Assembly (NCBI RefSeq): GCF_006345805.1
Contig: NC_043022.1
Span: 12,214,001-12,278,000, forward strand
DNA length: 64,000 bases
DNA from: Octopus sinensis
Lineage: Eukaryota
Direction of reading: 5' to 3'
The notes under the pieces are model-generated. The model did no database searches. It was not told the DNA's origin and saw only the letters and a list, made by a program, of their open reading frames with translations. Positions within the stretch are counted from its first letter, which is position 1. Each line of letters opens with the position of its first letter. The translations under genes and the position numbers were made by a program. This document shows positions 1 through 11,900 of the stretch, one piece after another.

Positions 1-567
1 GTCAGTTCAGGTGACATTGGCACTCATTGGTCTTAGCTGTCATTCCAGTATTTCCTCATCTATAGTGACCAGTGTCCAGTGGTGGTGGTCAGTTTAGAAA
101 GGATACTGACATGTGGAGAACATTACTGAAAAATACCTTCTCATACGTAAGTCATAAAACTTGCCTCCTTCTTCTTCTTCTTCTTCTTCAACTGTTAACA
201 CACATCATATTTGTTTTCTTCACATGATGGCAAATATATTTGTAAATATGTGTGTGTGTGTGTGTATGATCCAGGTTCAGTTCCACTGTGTGGTACCTTG
301 AGCATGTGTCTTCTACAATAGCCCAGAGCTGATCAAAGCCTTGTGGGTGGATTTGGTAGATGGAAACTGAAAGAACCTGTTGTGTGTATGTGTATATGTT
401 GGCATCAGGAAGGGCATCCAGCTATAGAAAAACCATGCTAAATCAGACTGGAGTCCGGTGCAGCCTTCCAGCTTACCAGCCCTGGTCAAACCTTCCAACC
501 CATGCCAGCATGGACAACGGACATTAAATGAATATGATGATGATGATAATATATATATATATATTAT

Positions 568-1114
568 CATTGGACAAAGCATATCTCTAAAATTGTCAAG
601 AAGGCCGAGGGTGTCTTGGCATCACTCAGCAAGACTTTTGTTAGCCGCTCTCCAGCCATCTATTTAAAACTGTATACAGCTATGGTACGACCACACTTGG
701 AATTCGCAACCAAACGCATACCCTCCATCAGACACCTACCATATTCTGAGTGCCTTGTTTCCCTGGGCATGGATTCACTGAAGCTCCGGCGTCTGGCGAC
801 GGACTTGGTAAACACCCACAAGGTTATCAACCACCTCACCAACAACAACAACACTGAACACCTTTTTGATCTCCATGTGTCTAACACACGTGGACATGCC
901 TACAAAGTCAGAAAACAGCACAGCTCCCATGACTTTCGGAAGCATTTTTTCACGCTCAGAGTTGCTGAAGCGTGGAATAAACTGCCTGCATCAGTTGTTG
1001 ACTGCCATGACACTGCATCCTTTAAGGCCCTCATGCTTCCCGAAATCCGTCGAAACTACACCTGATTATATATACACTTTAGATGAGTAGTAGTGCACCT
1101 GAGCACTGTACACA

Positions 1115-1143
<29 letters not shown>
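568..1143 (+). mobile_element. CR1-type LINE 3' fragment (ORF2 C-terminus and (TTA)n tail)
   Basis: LYTAMVRPHLEFA...RKHFFTLRVAEAWNKLPASVV..SFK motifs; apparent internal deletion after HLEFA; microsatellite tail. Confidence 0.88.
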
Positions 1144-1148
<5 letters not shown>

Positions 1149-1162
1149 TATTATTATATATA

Positions 1163-1522
1163 GGCGCAGGAGTGGCTGTGTGGTAAGTAGCTTGCTTACC
1201 AACCACATGATTCTGGGATCAGTCCCACTGCGTGGCACCTTGGGCAAGCCTCAGGCCAACCAAAGCCTTGTGAGTAGATTTGGTAGGCGGAAACTGAAAG
1301 AAGCCCGTCGTATGTATATGTTTGTGTGTCTATGTTTGTCCCCCCAACATCGCTTGACAACCGATGCTGGTGTGTTTACGTCCCTGTAACTGAGCGGTTC
1401 GGCAAAAGAGACCGATAGAACAAGTACCAGGCTTACAAAGAATAAGTCCTGGGGATCGATCTGCTCGACTAAAGGCAGTGCTCCAGCATGGCCGCAGTCA
1501 AATGACTGCAGCAAGTAAAAGA
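1163..1522 (+). mobile_element. tRNA-derived SINE family A
   Basis: A-box-like tggctgtgtgg, B-box-like gatcagtccc (gttcagtccc in other copies), internal microsatellite, tail gactg..caagtaaaaga. The most abundant family in the window. Confidence 0.85.
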
Positions 1523-1532
1523 GAGAAAGAGA

Positions 1533-1565
<33 letters not shown>

Positions 1566-1954
1566 ACACCACACCTGATGTCCCTCTCCACTCACCTTTG
1601 TTTTTAAAACAACTCATTCACCATTCACTTCCTGTGCATTATTCCATGTCATGTTCATGCAGTTTTTGGCTACTCTTCCTGATAAATTGTAGTGCACCTA
1701 AGCACTGCACTCTATACAATGTTGATCAGGCACCCGTGGCTTTTGTGGGGTTTTCCTTGAGGACCTTAAAGCACCCCCCTTATTGGGAGTTTTGATTTGT
1801 TAATTTTAATTGTTATTTATATTGTTTACATGCGGAAAACTCATTGTATCGTCCCATTTTTGTCTTTTATGTTGTTGTATGTCCTTTAATGGTATTGCAT
1901 GTGAGCCCTTGTGGCTAATAAAAGAATGAATTATTATTATCATTATTATTATTG

Positions 1955-2555
1955 AAGGTGGCGAGCTGGCAGAAACATTAGCACGCCGGGCGAAATTCTT
2001 AGCGGTATTTCGTCTGCCGCTACGTTCTGAGTTCAAATTCCGCCAAGGTTGACTTTGCATTTCATCCTTTCGGGGTCGATTAAATAAGTACCAGTTACGC
2101 ACTGGGGTCGATATAATCGACTTAATCCGTTTGTCTGTCCTTGTTTGTCCTCTCTGTGTTTTGCCCCTTGTGGGTAGTAAAGAAATAGGTATTTCGTCTG
2201 TCTTTACATTCTGAGTTCAAATTTTGCCAAGGTCGACTTTGCCTTTCATCTTTCGGGGTCGATAAATTAAGTACCAGTTATGCACTGGGGTTGATGTAAT
2301 TGACTTATTCCCTGTGTCTGTCTTTGTTTATCCCCTCTATGTCCAGCCCCTTGAGGGCAATAAAGAAATAAGGAACGTTAACACATTGGGTGAAATGCCT
2401 AGTGGTATTTTGTCCATCTTCATGTTTTGAGTTCAAATTCTGCCAAGTTTGACTGCCTTTCATCCTTTCAGGGGTCAATAAAATAAGTACCAGTTGAATA
2501 CTGGGGTTGATGTCATCAACTGTCCCCTCCCTCAAATTTCAGACCTTGTGCCTAT
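1955..2555 (+). mobile_element. Tandem trimer of SINE family B (tRNA head and Meta-domain-like core)
   Basis: Head ggcgagctggcagaaac, B box gagttcaaattcc, core gactttgcctttcatcctttcggggtcgataaattaagtaccag. The Meta-domain resemblance is from recall. Confidence 0.8.
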
Positions 2556-2559
2556 TGTT

Positions 2560-3250
2560 ATTATTATTGTTAAGTTAAGTTAATTTTTTGGCTCAAAAAG
2601 CAAAAAGCAAGGCCATGTAGAGGGACATGGAGTTATGTACAGGGAGGGTGTTCATGCAAAGAGTTCAGGCCATTTCTGGTCAAGAGAGACTTTGAACCAA
2701 GCGGTTGTTGGCATCTTCACTATCTCGTCCGGCAGCTTATTCCACGGATCCGCAAGCCGGACGACGGAGAAAGCCCCTCTCCTTCGATTGAGATGAAATT
2801 GTCGCAGATAGAGCTTTTCCGAGTGATCCTGCAGCCTACACTCTAGAGCAGGAGTGAAGAACAGCTCTTTTGAGAGGTTACACTTTCCGCTTATGATGTT
2901 GTGAGCAAGAATGAGATCACCACGGCGGCAGCGTTTTTCTAGAGAATAAAGGTCGAGCGTCTTCAGCCGTTCTTCATAAAACAAATGCTTGAGACCATGA
3001 ACCATGCGGGTAGCCAGCTTCTGAACTCTTTCGAGATGATGTATGTCTTTGAGGAGATAAGGAGAAGAGGCTTGAATCCTGTACTCCTATATGGGTCTCA
3101 CCAGTGTGAATTAGAGTGGTAGGAATATGGCTGCTGTGAGCATTCCGAATGATCGTCGAATCAAAAACAGAACTCCGCGTGCTTTGTTGGCAACATGGAC
3201 GCACTGGGCCGAAGGCGAAAAGGAAGAATCCACCAAGATACCCAGGTTCT
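2560..3250 (-). mobile_element. Second CR1-type LINE family, ORF2 3' fragment
   Basis: YEERLKTLDLYSLEKRCRRGDLI...FSVVRLADPWNKLPDEIV..FKVSLD motifs. Confidence 0.88.
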
Positions 3251-4324
3251 TTGTTAAGGTGGCAAGCTGGCAGAATTGTTAGCATGCCAGGCAAAATGCT
3301 TAGCAGTATTTCATCCATCCTTATCTTATGTTCTGAGTTCAAATTCTGCCAAGGCTGACTTTGCCTTTTATCTTTTTGGGGTCAATAAAACAGATACCTG
3401 TTGAGCACTGGGATCAATGTAACCGACTTACCATCCCCTCAAAATTGCTGGCCTCGTGCCAGAATTTGAAACCATTATTATTATTATTTTTGTTACTATG
3501 TGTGATTGTTTGTTTCCCTGCCAATGCCTCTTAACCGGTGTTGGTTTGTTTACATTCCTGTAACTTAGTAGTTGGGTATAAGAAACCAATAGAACATGTA
3601 CGAGGCTTAAAAACATAAATACTGGGGAACAATTCCCTTCAGCTAAAACCCTTCGAGGTAGTGCCATGGCATAATTGCAGCCCATGACCGAAACGAGTAA
3701 AAGATACACACACACACACACACACACACACACGTATATGTGTGCATGCATGCATGCATGTGTGTGTGTGTGTGTGTGTAAAGAAAGGGTGAAAGAGAGG
3801 GAAAAGAAATGTGAATATAAATTGAAGGAAGATGTGAGTGAGGTCATAATTGTGTGTGTGTGTGTGTTAGTTTCCTTTAATCATCCTAGTAAGTAAGGCC
3901 ATGCTGGAGCAAAACCTTTAGTGTGGTGTGTATGTGAGAGTGTGTGGTGTATATTTATGTGTGCGTGTGTGTGTGTTTAGTTTCTTTTAATCATCCTAGT
4001 AAGTAAGGCCATGCTGGAGCAAAACCTTTAATGTGGTGTGTGGTGTATGTCTGTGTGTATGCATCAGTGCGTGGTGTATATTTATATGTATGTGTGTATG
4101 TGTGTGTTCTGTGTTTGTGCAAATGTCTAAGAGTTAGGACAGTATTTAAATAGCTGTATTTATCTCCCCTACCTCCACCCTTCCCCTATCTCTCCCCACT
4201 TCCCCTTTCCCCCGTCTCCGTCTCTCTCTTCCTCCCCACCACTCCCTTACCTTCTTTTTCCCCCCCTCCCCCCCCACTGTCCATTGCCTCCTCCACCCCC
4301 ACCACCACCGCTCCCTGTACCTGC

Positions 4325-4362
<38 letters not shown>

Positions 4363-5181
4363 TGAAACCCTGTCATTACACACTTATTGTCTGCTGTTAT
4401 TTCCTGCTGTTCCTCTTTTCGCTGACCAACTTTATCTGACCAGGTCAAGTCGGGCCACAAAGACAAATACAGAAACGGAAAAGGAATTAAATTTTGAGGT
4501 AAAAAAAAGAGAAATCCCAGAAAAGGTTAGGAAAAATGTTGAAAATATCAAAAGGTTCAGGTATGGCTGTGTGGTGGGTAAACCCAAACCCAAAGATGGA
4601 CACAAAAATATATATGTATACATGTATACGAGTGTGTGTGTGTATGTATATATCATCATCATCATCATCATCATCGTTTAACGTCCGTTTTCCGCGCTAG
4701 CACGGGTTGGACGGTTTCGACTGGGGTCTGGGGAGCTCGGGACTGCCCCAGGCTCCAGTCTAGTCTGGCAGTGTTTCTATAGCTGGATGCCCTTCCTAAC
4801 GCCAACCACTCCGCGAGTGTAGTGGGTGTTTTTTACATGCCACCTGCACAGGTGCCAGAGGGGTCTGGCATCGGCCACGTTCGGATGGTGCTTTTTATGT
4901 GGGGGGGGTGCAGAAATATAGGGGAGCACCAGTGGGGAGGGGTGGTTCAGAGAAATGATGACAGGTTCTAGGCAAGTAGAATGTAGGATATCGAGAGAGG
5001 GGTAATGCATGGTGAAATAGCGTATTGAAGAGGGGGGTTCGAAGAGTAGACACCTATAATGGTGGTGGGAGAAGCGACATCCGGTATAGATGGAGCAAAA
5101 TATAGAGATATCCGGTATTGGTGGTGGGGGTGGGCAGGGCGGGTGCACCGCGAAGATACGAAGTTTGATTTTAGACGAATG

Positions 5182-5217
<36 letters not shown>

Positions 5218-5586
5218 GAAATTTGATAAATAGTTAGACAGATAGAGAAACATAAGAGGGAGTATCCGGTGTAGATGGTGAGAACAGTGTTCACCGGTAT
5301 TGGTGGTGGGGGTGATTGGGAGAAGATGAGGTTTTAGGCGGCAGAAAGAAGACAGGATTGAGATGAAATGCTTTGCGGTGGTGTGAATAAGTTTTTGTGA
5401 GTGAAAGTTTTTATGCTTCAGCTAGCATTTGAGACGAAAGACAACGATAACGCTATTAGATGGGGATACAATAATAATAAGGCTTGCAAAAACAATGAAA
5501 AGAGGAAACAGGTCGGGAACTTAGCTGATGTTTTTCATCCTGCGGTATTGGCTAAGCCTGTGGAAGCGAGTGAAGGTGAGATATAT

Positions 5587-5620
<34 letters not shown>

Positions 5621-6107
5621 TGAAAACAGAGGGAGAACCGACACCACATAGCGAGAGAGAGAGAGAGAGAGACATAGTGACACCGCGCATTGGGAAATGA
5701 GGTTTTAGGCGGCAGAAAGAAGACAGGATTGAGATGAAATGCTTTGCGGTGGTGTGAATAAGTTTTTGTGATATATATATATATACATATACATATATAT
5801 ATATATACATATACATATATATATATACATATACATATATATATATATACATATATATAATTAATTAATAAGGGTGAGAGAATTAGATACTAATTTAATA
5901 GTATATATATAGATACTAATTTAATAGTATATATACATATACATATACATATATACATATACATATATATATATACATATACATATATATATATACATAT
6001 ATATACATAGTTAATCCAAACAAGAAAACACAAAAAAACACAACAACGCGAGGACGTGGAACAAATATAGTATTATTGGATGCTCAGGAAGGAAGGAAAG
6101 AAGGAGG

Positions 6108-6142
6108 GTTTAACGTTTCGAGCGGAGCTCTTCATCGGGAAC
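6108..6142 (-). ncRNA. Minimal type I hammerhead-like motif, copy 1
   Basis: Minus strand GTTC-CCGATGA-A-GAGC-TCC-GCTC-GAAAC-GTT-AAAC. Stem II GAGC/GCTC, palindromic AACGTT at stem III, U4C core variant, one stem I mismatch. Confidence 0.55.
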
Positions 6143-6357
6143 ATAGGAGAAGGAAAGATCCAGAGAAGGGAAGACAGAGGAAGAAAAAAAAAAAAAAAAA
6201 AATCGCCAACGGTACACACGAGGTCACACTTTGAAATATACACACACATTCATACATATACATACATCTACACACACATATATAAACATGCACATACACA
6301 CATACACATACATAATACACCAATATATAAGTTCTGCAGTTCTGCATTGTATGCATG

Positions 6358-6394
<37 letters not shown>

Positions 6395-6579
6395 TCCCGG
6401 GTTGAGTCGGGGTTAACCACAATCAATAAGGTACTCAATACATAGCAGAGTAAATTAATTTATATATATATATATATACATAAAGTTAATCCAAACAAGA
6501 AAGCACAAAAAAACACAACGTGAGGACGTGGAACAAATATGGTATTATTGGACGCTCAGGAAAGAAGGGAAGAAGGGGA

Positions 6580-6614
6580 GTTTAACGTTTCGAGCGGAGC
6601 TCTTCGTCGGAAAC
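6580..6614 (-). ncRNA. Minimal type I hammerhead-like motif, copy 2
   Basis: Minus strand GTTT-CCGACGA-A-GAGC-TCC-GCTC-GAAAC-GTT-AAAC. Perfect 4 bp stem I and stem II, U4C core variant. Confidence 0.6.
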
Positions 6615-7762
6615 ATAGAAGGAAAGATCCAGAGAAGGGAAGACAGAGGGAAAAAAAATCGCCAACGGTACACACGCGGTCCTTTTCTACTCAAGGCACA
6701 AGGCCCAAAATTTTTTGGGGAGAGGGGGGCAGTCGATTAGATCAACTCTAGTACGCAACAGTCTACCACCACCACCACCACCACCCTTACATATGTACAA
6801 CCTGATGCATGTGTGTACTTGTGTGTGGATGTATATACACACATAGCACACACCGCACAGACTCATTTGTTTTACATACCTGCACAACAGATATATATGC
6901 AAGCTCACATATAGATAATAGATATGCATACTTAGTAAAAGGAAGTCTCTCTCTCTCTCATGCACACACACACACACAGTGTATTTAGTGTCATATTTAT
7001 GTAAACAAAGTTTTATTGTTGATGTGAAGGGATTTAGGATTGGGGGTTATTGCTGGTCGCATGAGTGAGAGGAGAAAGTTGGGGAGTAAAAGTGAAAGAG
7101 AAGATGCAGAGAGAGAGAGAGAGAATCAGAGAGGCCATTAGAGACAATCAGCTATTTCTATCTCTTTCTATCTCTCTCAGTCATTGTCTCTCTCTATTTT
7201 CCTCTCTCTTTTTTCTTCCTTCTTTTCTTCTTTTCTTTCTTTTATTCTTTCTTTTCTTTCTTTCATTCTTTCACTCTTTCCTTTGCTCTTTCATTCTTTC
7301 TTCCTTCCTTCCTTTCTTTCTTTCTGTCCTTTCTTCCTTTCTTTTTCCTCTCTTTCATTCTTTAGTTCTTTCTTTCTTCCTCTTTTTTCTTTTTTTCTTT
7401 CATTATTTCACTCTTCCTTCCTTCCTCCCTCCCTCCCTCCCTCCTCCCTTTCTGTCTGTCTTTCTTTCTTCCTTTCTTTCTTTCTTCCTCCCTTCCTTCC
7501 TTTCTTTCCTTCCTTTCTTTCCCTCTTTCTTTCTTTCTTTCTTTCTAAGCACATATACACACTTCTAACCAAATTCACTCACAAGGCCTTGCTCAACCTG
7601 GAGGCTAGAGTAGAAAGCATTTGTCCAAGGTGCCACATTGATGGCAATGAACCCGAAACCCCGTGTTTGGAAAGCAAAGTTCTAATCTACCCATCCATGC
7701 CCACAACCATTTAATGTTTCTTAATTTTCAAATAAAATGTCTTTCTTCTTCTTCTTCTTCAG

Positions 7763-8077
7763 AATCATCTGAAATGCTCCCAAAACCCACACCCTTCTGA
7801 TGCTGTGTTCTCTGTCTCCCACCTGGGGCTGCCCCAGAACATAAGGTCAGTATTTCTGGCTTCAGAGAGATACGCAATGGAGTACCCGCTGTTGAAGCCC
7901 GTGCCACCACCACCTTCCTCTGCCCGTTGCCTCTCGTCTCTCAGAAGTTTAAGGAAATTCATCCTCATCAGCATCGTTAGTTGCATGGCAGTGGTTACCT
8001 TGACAACAATGGCCATATTGTTGGTGCTATCATTTCAAGTGTCTTCTCCTTCGAACTCTTCTTATGGCAACAGTGTG
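7763..8077 (+). CDS. Exon A: short N-terminus, hydrophobic anchor, Ser-rich stalk
   Basis: Acceptor (ttc)n-ag|. Frame is open from the acceptor, ATG at 7877: MEYPLLKPVPPPPSSARCLSSLRSLRKFILISIVSCMAVVTLTTMAILLVLSFQVSSPSNSSYGNSV. Donor GTG|gtaagt. Confidence 0.7.
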
Positions 8078-8089
8078 GTAAGTATCAGA

Positions 8090-8134
<45 letters not shown>

Positions 8135-8163
8135 TACACACACACACACACACACACACACAA

Positions 8164-8214
<51 letters not shown>

Positions 8215-8291
8215 TACATAATCACATTTATAGGATCATAAAGTTCATAAGAATTTAGAACCCTAGAGCAAGATTTGCTCTTATGGTTCTA

Positions 8292-8525
8292 AAGGCGCCG
8301 AGCTGGCAGAAACGTTAGCACGCCGGACGAAATACTTAGCGGTATTTCGTCTGCTATTACGTTCTGAGTTCAAATTCCACCGAGGTCGACTTTGCCTTTC
8401 AGCCTTTCAGGGTCGATAAATTAAGTACCAGTTACGCTCTGGGGTCAATATAATCGACTTAATCCGTTTGTCTGTTCTTGTTTGTCCCCTCTATGTTTAG
8501 CCCCTTGTAGGCAGTAAAGAAATAA
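8292..8525 (+). mobile_element. SINE family B monomer
   Basis: Head to aaagaaata end. Confidence 0.85.
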
Positions 8526-8997
8526 AATAAGAGCAAGAATTACATCATCACCATCATCACCACCACCACCCTCCTCTTCCTCCTCCCCACCATCATCATC
8601 ATCATCATCATTATCATCATCATTACCATTAGAGAGCTACCAGAATCAATATAGCATCAGGCAAAATACTTTGTAGCATTTGTCCTGGCTTTTAAAGTCC
8701 TGAGTTCAAATCTCACTGAAGCCGGTTTTGCCTTTCTTCCAATCTCATCCACACAGCCGCTCATACATCTGTTCATAATATCTATCAATTGTGTCCAGAA
8801 TAAGCTCGAGGCCAGCAATTTGGAATGAGAGACTGTTAATCCCTACCATTGACCCTTGTACTTGTGTGGTACTTTATTTTAGCAACCCCTGGAATGATGA
8901 AAGGTGACATTGACCTTGAAAGGATTTGAACTCAGAATGGAAAAACCAGAACATATACTGCTGCCTGAACAATTCTGCCATTATGATATTTAATGGG

Positions 8998-9320
8998 ACC
9001 ACTCTGTCAGTTACGATGTCAAGGGTCCCAGCTGATACGATCAACGGAACAGCTTGCTCGTGAAATTAACGTACAAGTGGCTGAGCATTCCACAGACACG
9101 TGTACCCCTAACGTAGTTCTCAGGGAGATTCAGTGTGACACAGAGTGTGACAAGGCTGGCCCTTTGAAATACAGGTACAACTCATTTTTGCTGGCTGAGT
9201 GGACTGGAGCAACATGAAATAAAATGTCTTGCTCAAGAACACAATGCGTCGCCGTAAATTGAGCTCACGACCTTACAATCATGAGCTGAAAGCCCCTAAC
9301 CACTAAGCCACACACCTTCA
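8998..9320 (-). mobile_element. tRNA-derived SINE family D
   Basis: The reverse complement begins with a tRNA-like head followed by ttgtgttcttgagcaagacatttt. A second copy lies at ~37760-38012(-). Confidence 0.75.
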
Positions 9321-9386
9321 CATGATATTTAATAATAATAATAACAATCAACTTAATTTAGGGATTTTGTGTTTTCTCCCTTGCAG

Positions 9387-9474
9387 ACAGTTCCATTGCC
9401 AAACATAGCAACTGGGAGCCGAAATCAGAGTGACATTCGCAGGCATTCAACATTAAAGAATTCTTCATTTCCTG
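9387..9474 (+). CDS. Exon B (88 nt, phase inconsistent with exon C)
   Basis: ttttctcccttgcag| ... cctg|gtaaat. Frame 1 reads TVPLPNIATGSRNQSDIRRHSTLKNSSFP; frame 3 reads SSIAKHSNWEPKSE*HSQAFNIKEFFIS(C). Confidence 0.55.
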
Positions 9475-9504
9475 GTAAATCATTTCCCTTTATTTATTCA
9501 CTTA

Positions 9505-10055
9505 GTCTTTTTCTCTTTTACTTGTTTCAGTCATTTGACTGTGGCCATGCTGGAGCACTGCCTTTAGTCAAGCAAATCGACCCCAGGACTTATTCTTTGT
9601 AAGTCTAGTACTTATTCTATCGGTCCCTTATGCCGAACCGCTACGTTATGGGGATGTAAACACACCAGCATCAGTAGTCAAGTGATGTTGAGGAGACACC
9701 GATCGTGGCCGTTTGCCAGCCTGCGCTGGCTCCTGTGCTGGTGGCATGTAAAAAACACCCACTACACTCACGGAGTGGTTGACATTAGGAAGGGCATCCA
9801 GCTGTAGAAACACTGCCAAATCAGACTGGAGCCTGGTGCAGCCTCCATGGCTTACCAGACCCCGGTCGAACCGTCCAACCCATGCTAGCATGGAAAACGG
9901 ACGTTAAATGATGATGATATATATACCATGGGCTTCTTTCAGTTTCTGTCTACCAAATCCACTCACAAGACTTTGGTCGGCCTGAGGCTATAATAGAAGA
10001 CACTTACCCAAGGTGTCACACAGTGGGAATGAACTCAGAACCATGTGGTTGGTAA
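9505..10055 (-). mobile_element. Family A SINE split by a family C SINE (9690-9918, +)
   Basis: A 3' half at 9505-9680 and 5' half at 9925-10055 flank a C element ending ggacgttaaatgatgatgat; intronic. Confidence 0.75.
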
Positions 10056-10401
10056 GAAAGAAAGAAAGAGAGAGAGAGAATGATGACTGGATGCACAGAA
10101 GGCAGGTAATCAGTGGAAAGTCATACATTAGTGGCTCAGTCATAAGTTAGCCACCCAAAGACATGTCATAATCTCTAGTTTCTTCTATTAATGCAAAACC
10201 TCAGATTTATGACCTATCATTCGTCTTTCCTATCCATCTAAAATATATTTCTCACAAAGAATTTGTCTTTGGAGATTGAACCAAAATTTCAAAGACAAAA
10301 CCTTCATAAATACTTAAGCTTTCCTTTATTATATTTTATTTTATTATATGTATTTTTATATTTTTATTAACAGCTTTAAGCAACAGGACATTATTTTCCA
10401 G

Positions 10402-10517
10402 TTCAATCTCATGTCAGAACAAATGCTGGCCATACACAGCGTTTCGCTTCCAGTCCAAATGCCAGAATGGCGTGTGTCACTGCCAGGGAAAAGGTTATGA
10501 TCCCACATCTTGCTTAC
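10402..10517 (+). CDS. Exon C: six-Cys EGF-like module
   Basis: ttattttccag| SISCQNKCWPYTAFRFQSKCQNGVCHCQGKGYDPTSCL |gtgagt. Its phase-1 end joins exon D as ...SCLP. Confidence 0.75.
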
Positions 10518-10986
10518 GTGAGTAAAATATATTTTGGTTATGTATTTCTTTCAGTTTATGCACCCGAGGGTGGAGGCATGTGGCTAGGGTGTTGGACTCA
10601 TGATCATAAGATTGTATTTTCAATTCCTGGGCCAGAGCACTGTATACAATAATTTCATTATTATGAATTCTTATCTGAGCTTGTGGCTGGCTGAAAGTTT
10701 GTCCATTGAAAAGACCCCTAAAAGGCTGTTGCTGCTGCTGCTGCTGCTGGGATGAATTTTCATCACACTTGGATATTGTGTTTTTCAACACATCAGCTCT
10801 AACAAATGTTATCTCAGGATATATATTGCGATAACTGGCCTATCAAAAGTGTGTATACATTAAGTATAATATGTATATCCCTATTTTGATTAAATATTGC
10901 CTCAATTGCATGTTTTATATTAGAAACTAATGCTTACATCATTGAAAAACAGTTATAACAATTTCCCTCTCTGATGTCCTTTGCAG

Positions 10987-11284
10987 CCATTTATAAAAAT
11001 TGCTCAATAAGAAGAAATTCCAGCAATGCTGTTGCATATTGGCACCAGAAGATCCAAGAGACATTTGCTTGCCATTCCTACAAAGAGGCAAATTCAGGAA
11101 GAAACAGTCAAGTCTATGTGATTAGTACGATGAATGAATGGAAACTCACCAGCCAATCAGATTAAACGTCACAGAAGCCATGACAAGACAGTTTCAACCA
11201 ATCACATTAGTTCTGGCTTCCTATTATCCAGCACATTGGTTTATTCAGATGCAAAGTGGAATCCACTTAGGCTCGATTTTACAG
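10987..11284 (+). CDS. Exon D with an internal frameshift near 11130-11138
   Basis: cctttgcag| PIYKNCSIRR...QVYVISTMNE in one frame, then METHQPIRLNVTEAMTRQFQPITLVLASYYPAHWFIQMQSGIHLGSILQ|gtgagg in another. 298 nt, but the flanking phases need 3n+2. Confidence 0.7.
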
Positions 11285-11359
11285 GTGAGGCTTTTCCCTC
11301 TCCCTTTTTACCTCACTTTCTCCCCACTGCTCTCTATTTGTTTGTCAATCTCCCACCCA

Positions 11360-11360
11360 T

Positions 11361-11434
<74 letters not shown>

Positions 11435-11455
11435 ATCTATCTTTCTATCTATCTT

Positions 11456-11502
<47 letters not shown>

Positions 11503-11511
11503 ATCTATCTT

Positions 11512-11556
<45 letters not shown>

Positions 11557-11640
11557 ATTTCTATCTATCTATCTATCTGCCTGCCTGCCTGCCTGCCTGC
11601 TTACCTACCTACCTACCTAACTACCTACCTACCCACCCAC
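11360..11640. repeat. (TATC)n grading into (CTGC)n and (CTAC)n
   Basis: Direct reading; lies in the intron between exons D and E. Confidence 0.95.
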
Positions 11641-11900
11641 CTGAATCATATATATATATATATATATATATAGGAAGGGCATCCAGCTATAGAAGCTTTG
11701 CCAGATCAGATTGGAGCCAGGTGCAGCCTCTTGACTAGCCAGTCCCCAGTCAAACCGTCCAACCCATGCCAGCATGGAAAGCGGACGTTAAACGATGATG
11801 ATGATGTTGATGATGATGATGATGTATGTATGTAATGTAATTGTTGTTTACAAGTTATTAACAACCCTATCATTCGTTTTATATTCTTTCTCCCTTTTAG

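Larger units (their letters stand above)
6007..6680 (-). mobile_element. Two tandem copies of a ~215 bp hammerhead-bearing repeat (Penelope pseudo-LTR or retrozyme-like)
   Basis: The segment agttaatccaaacaagaaa...cgccaacggtacacacg occurs at ~6009-6225 and ~6484-6680, separated by microsatellites. Each copy holds a hammerhead motif. Confidence 0.6.
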
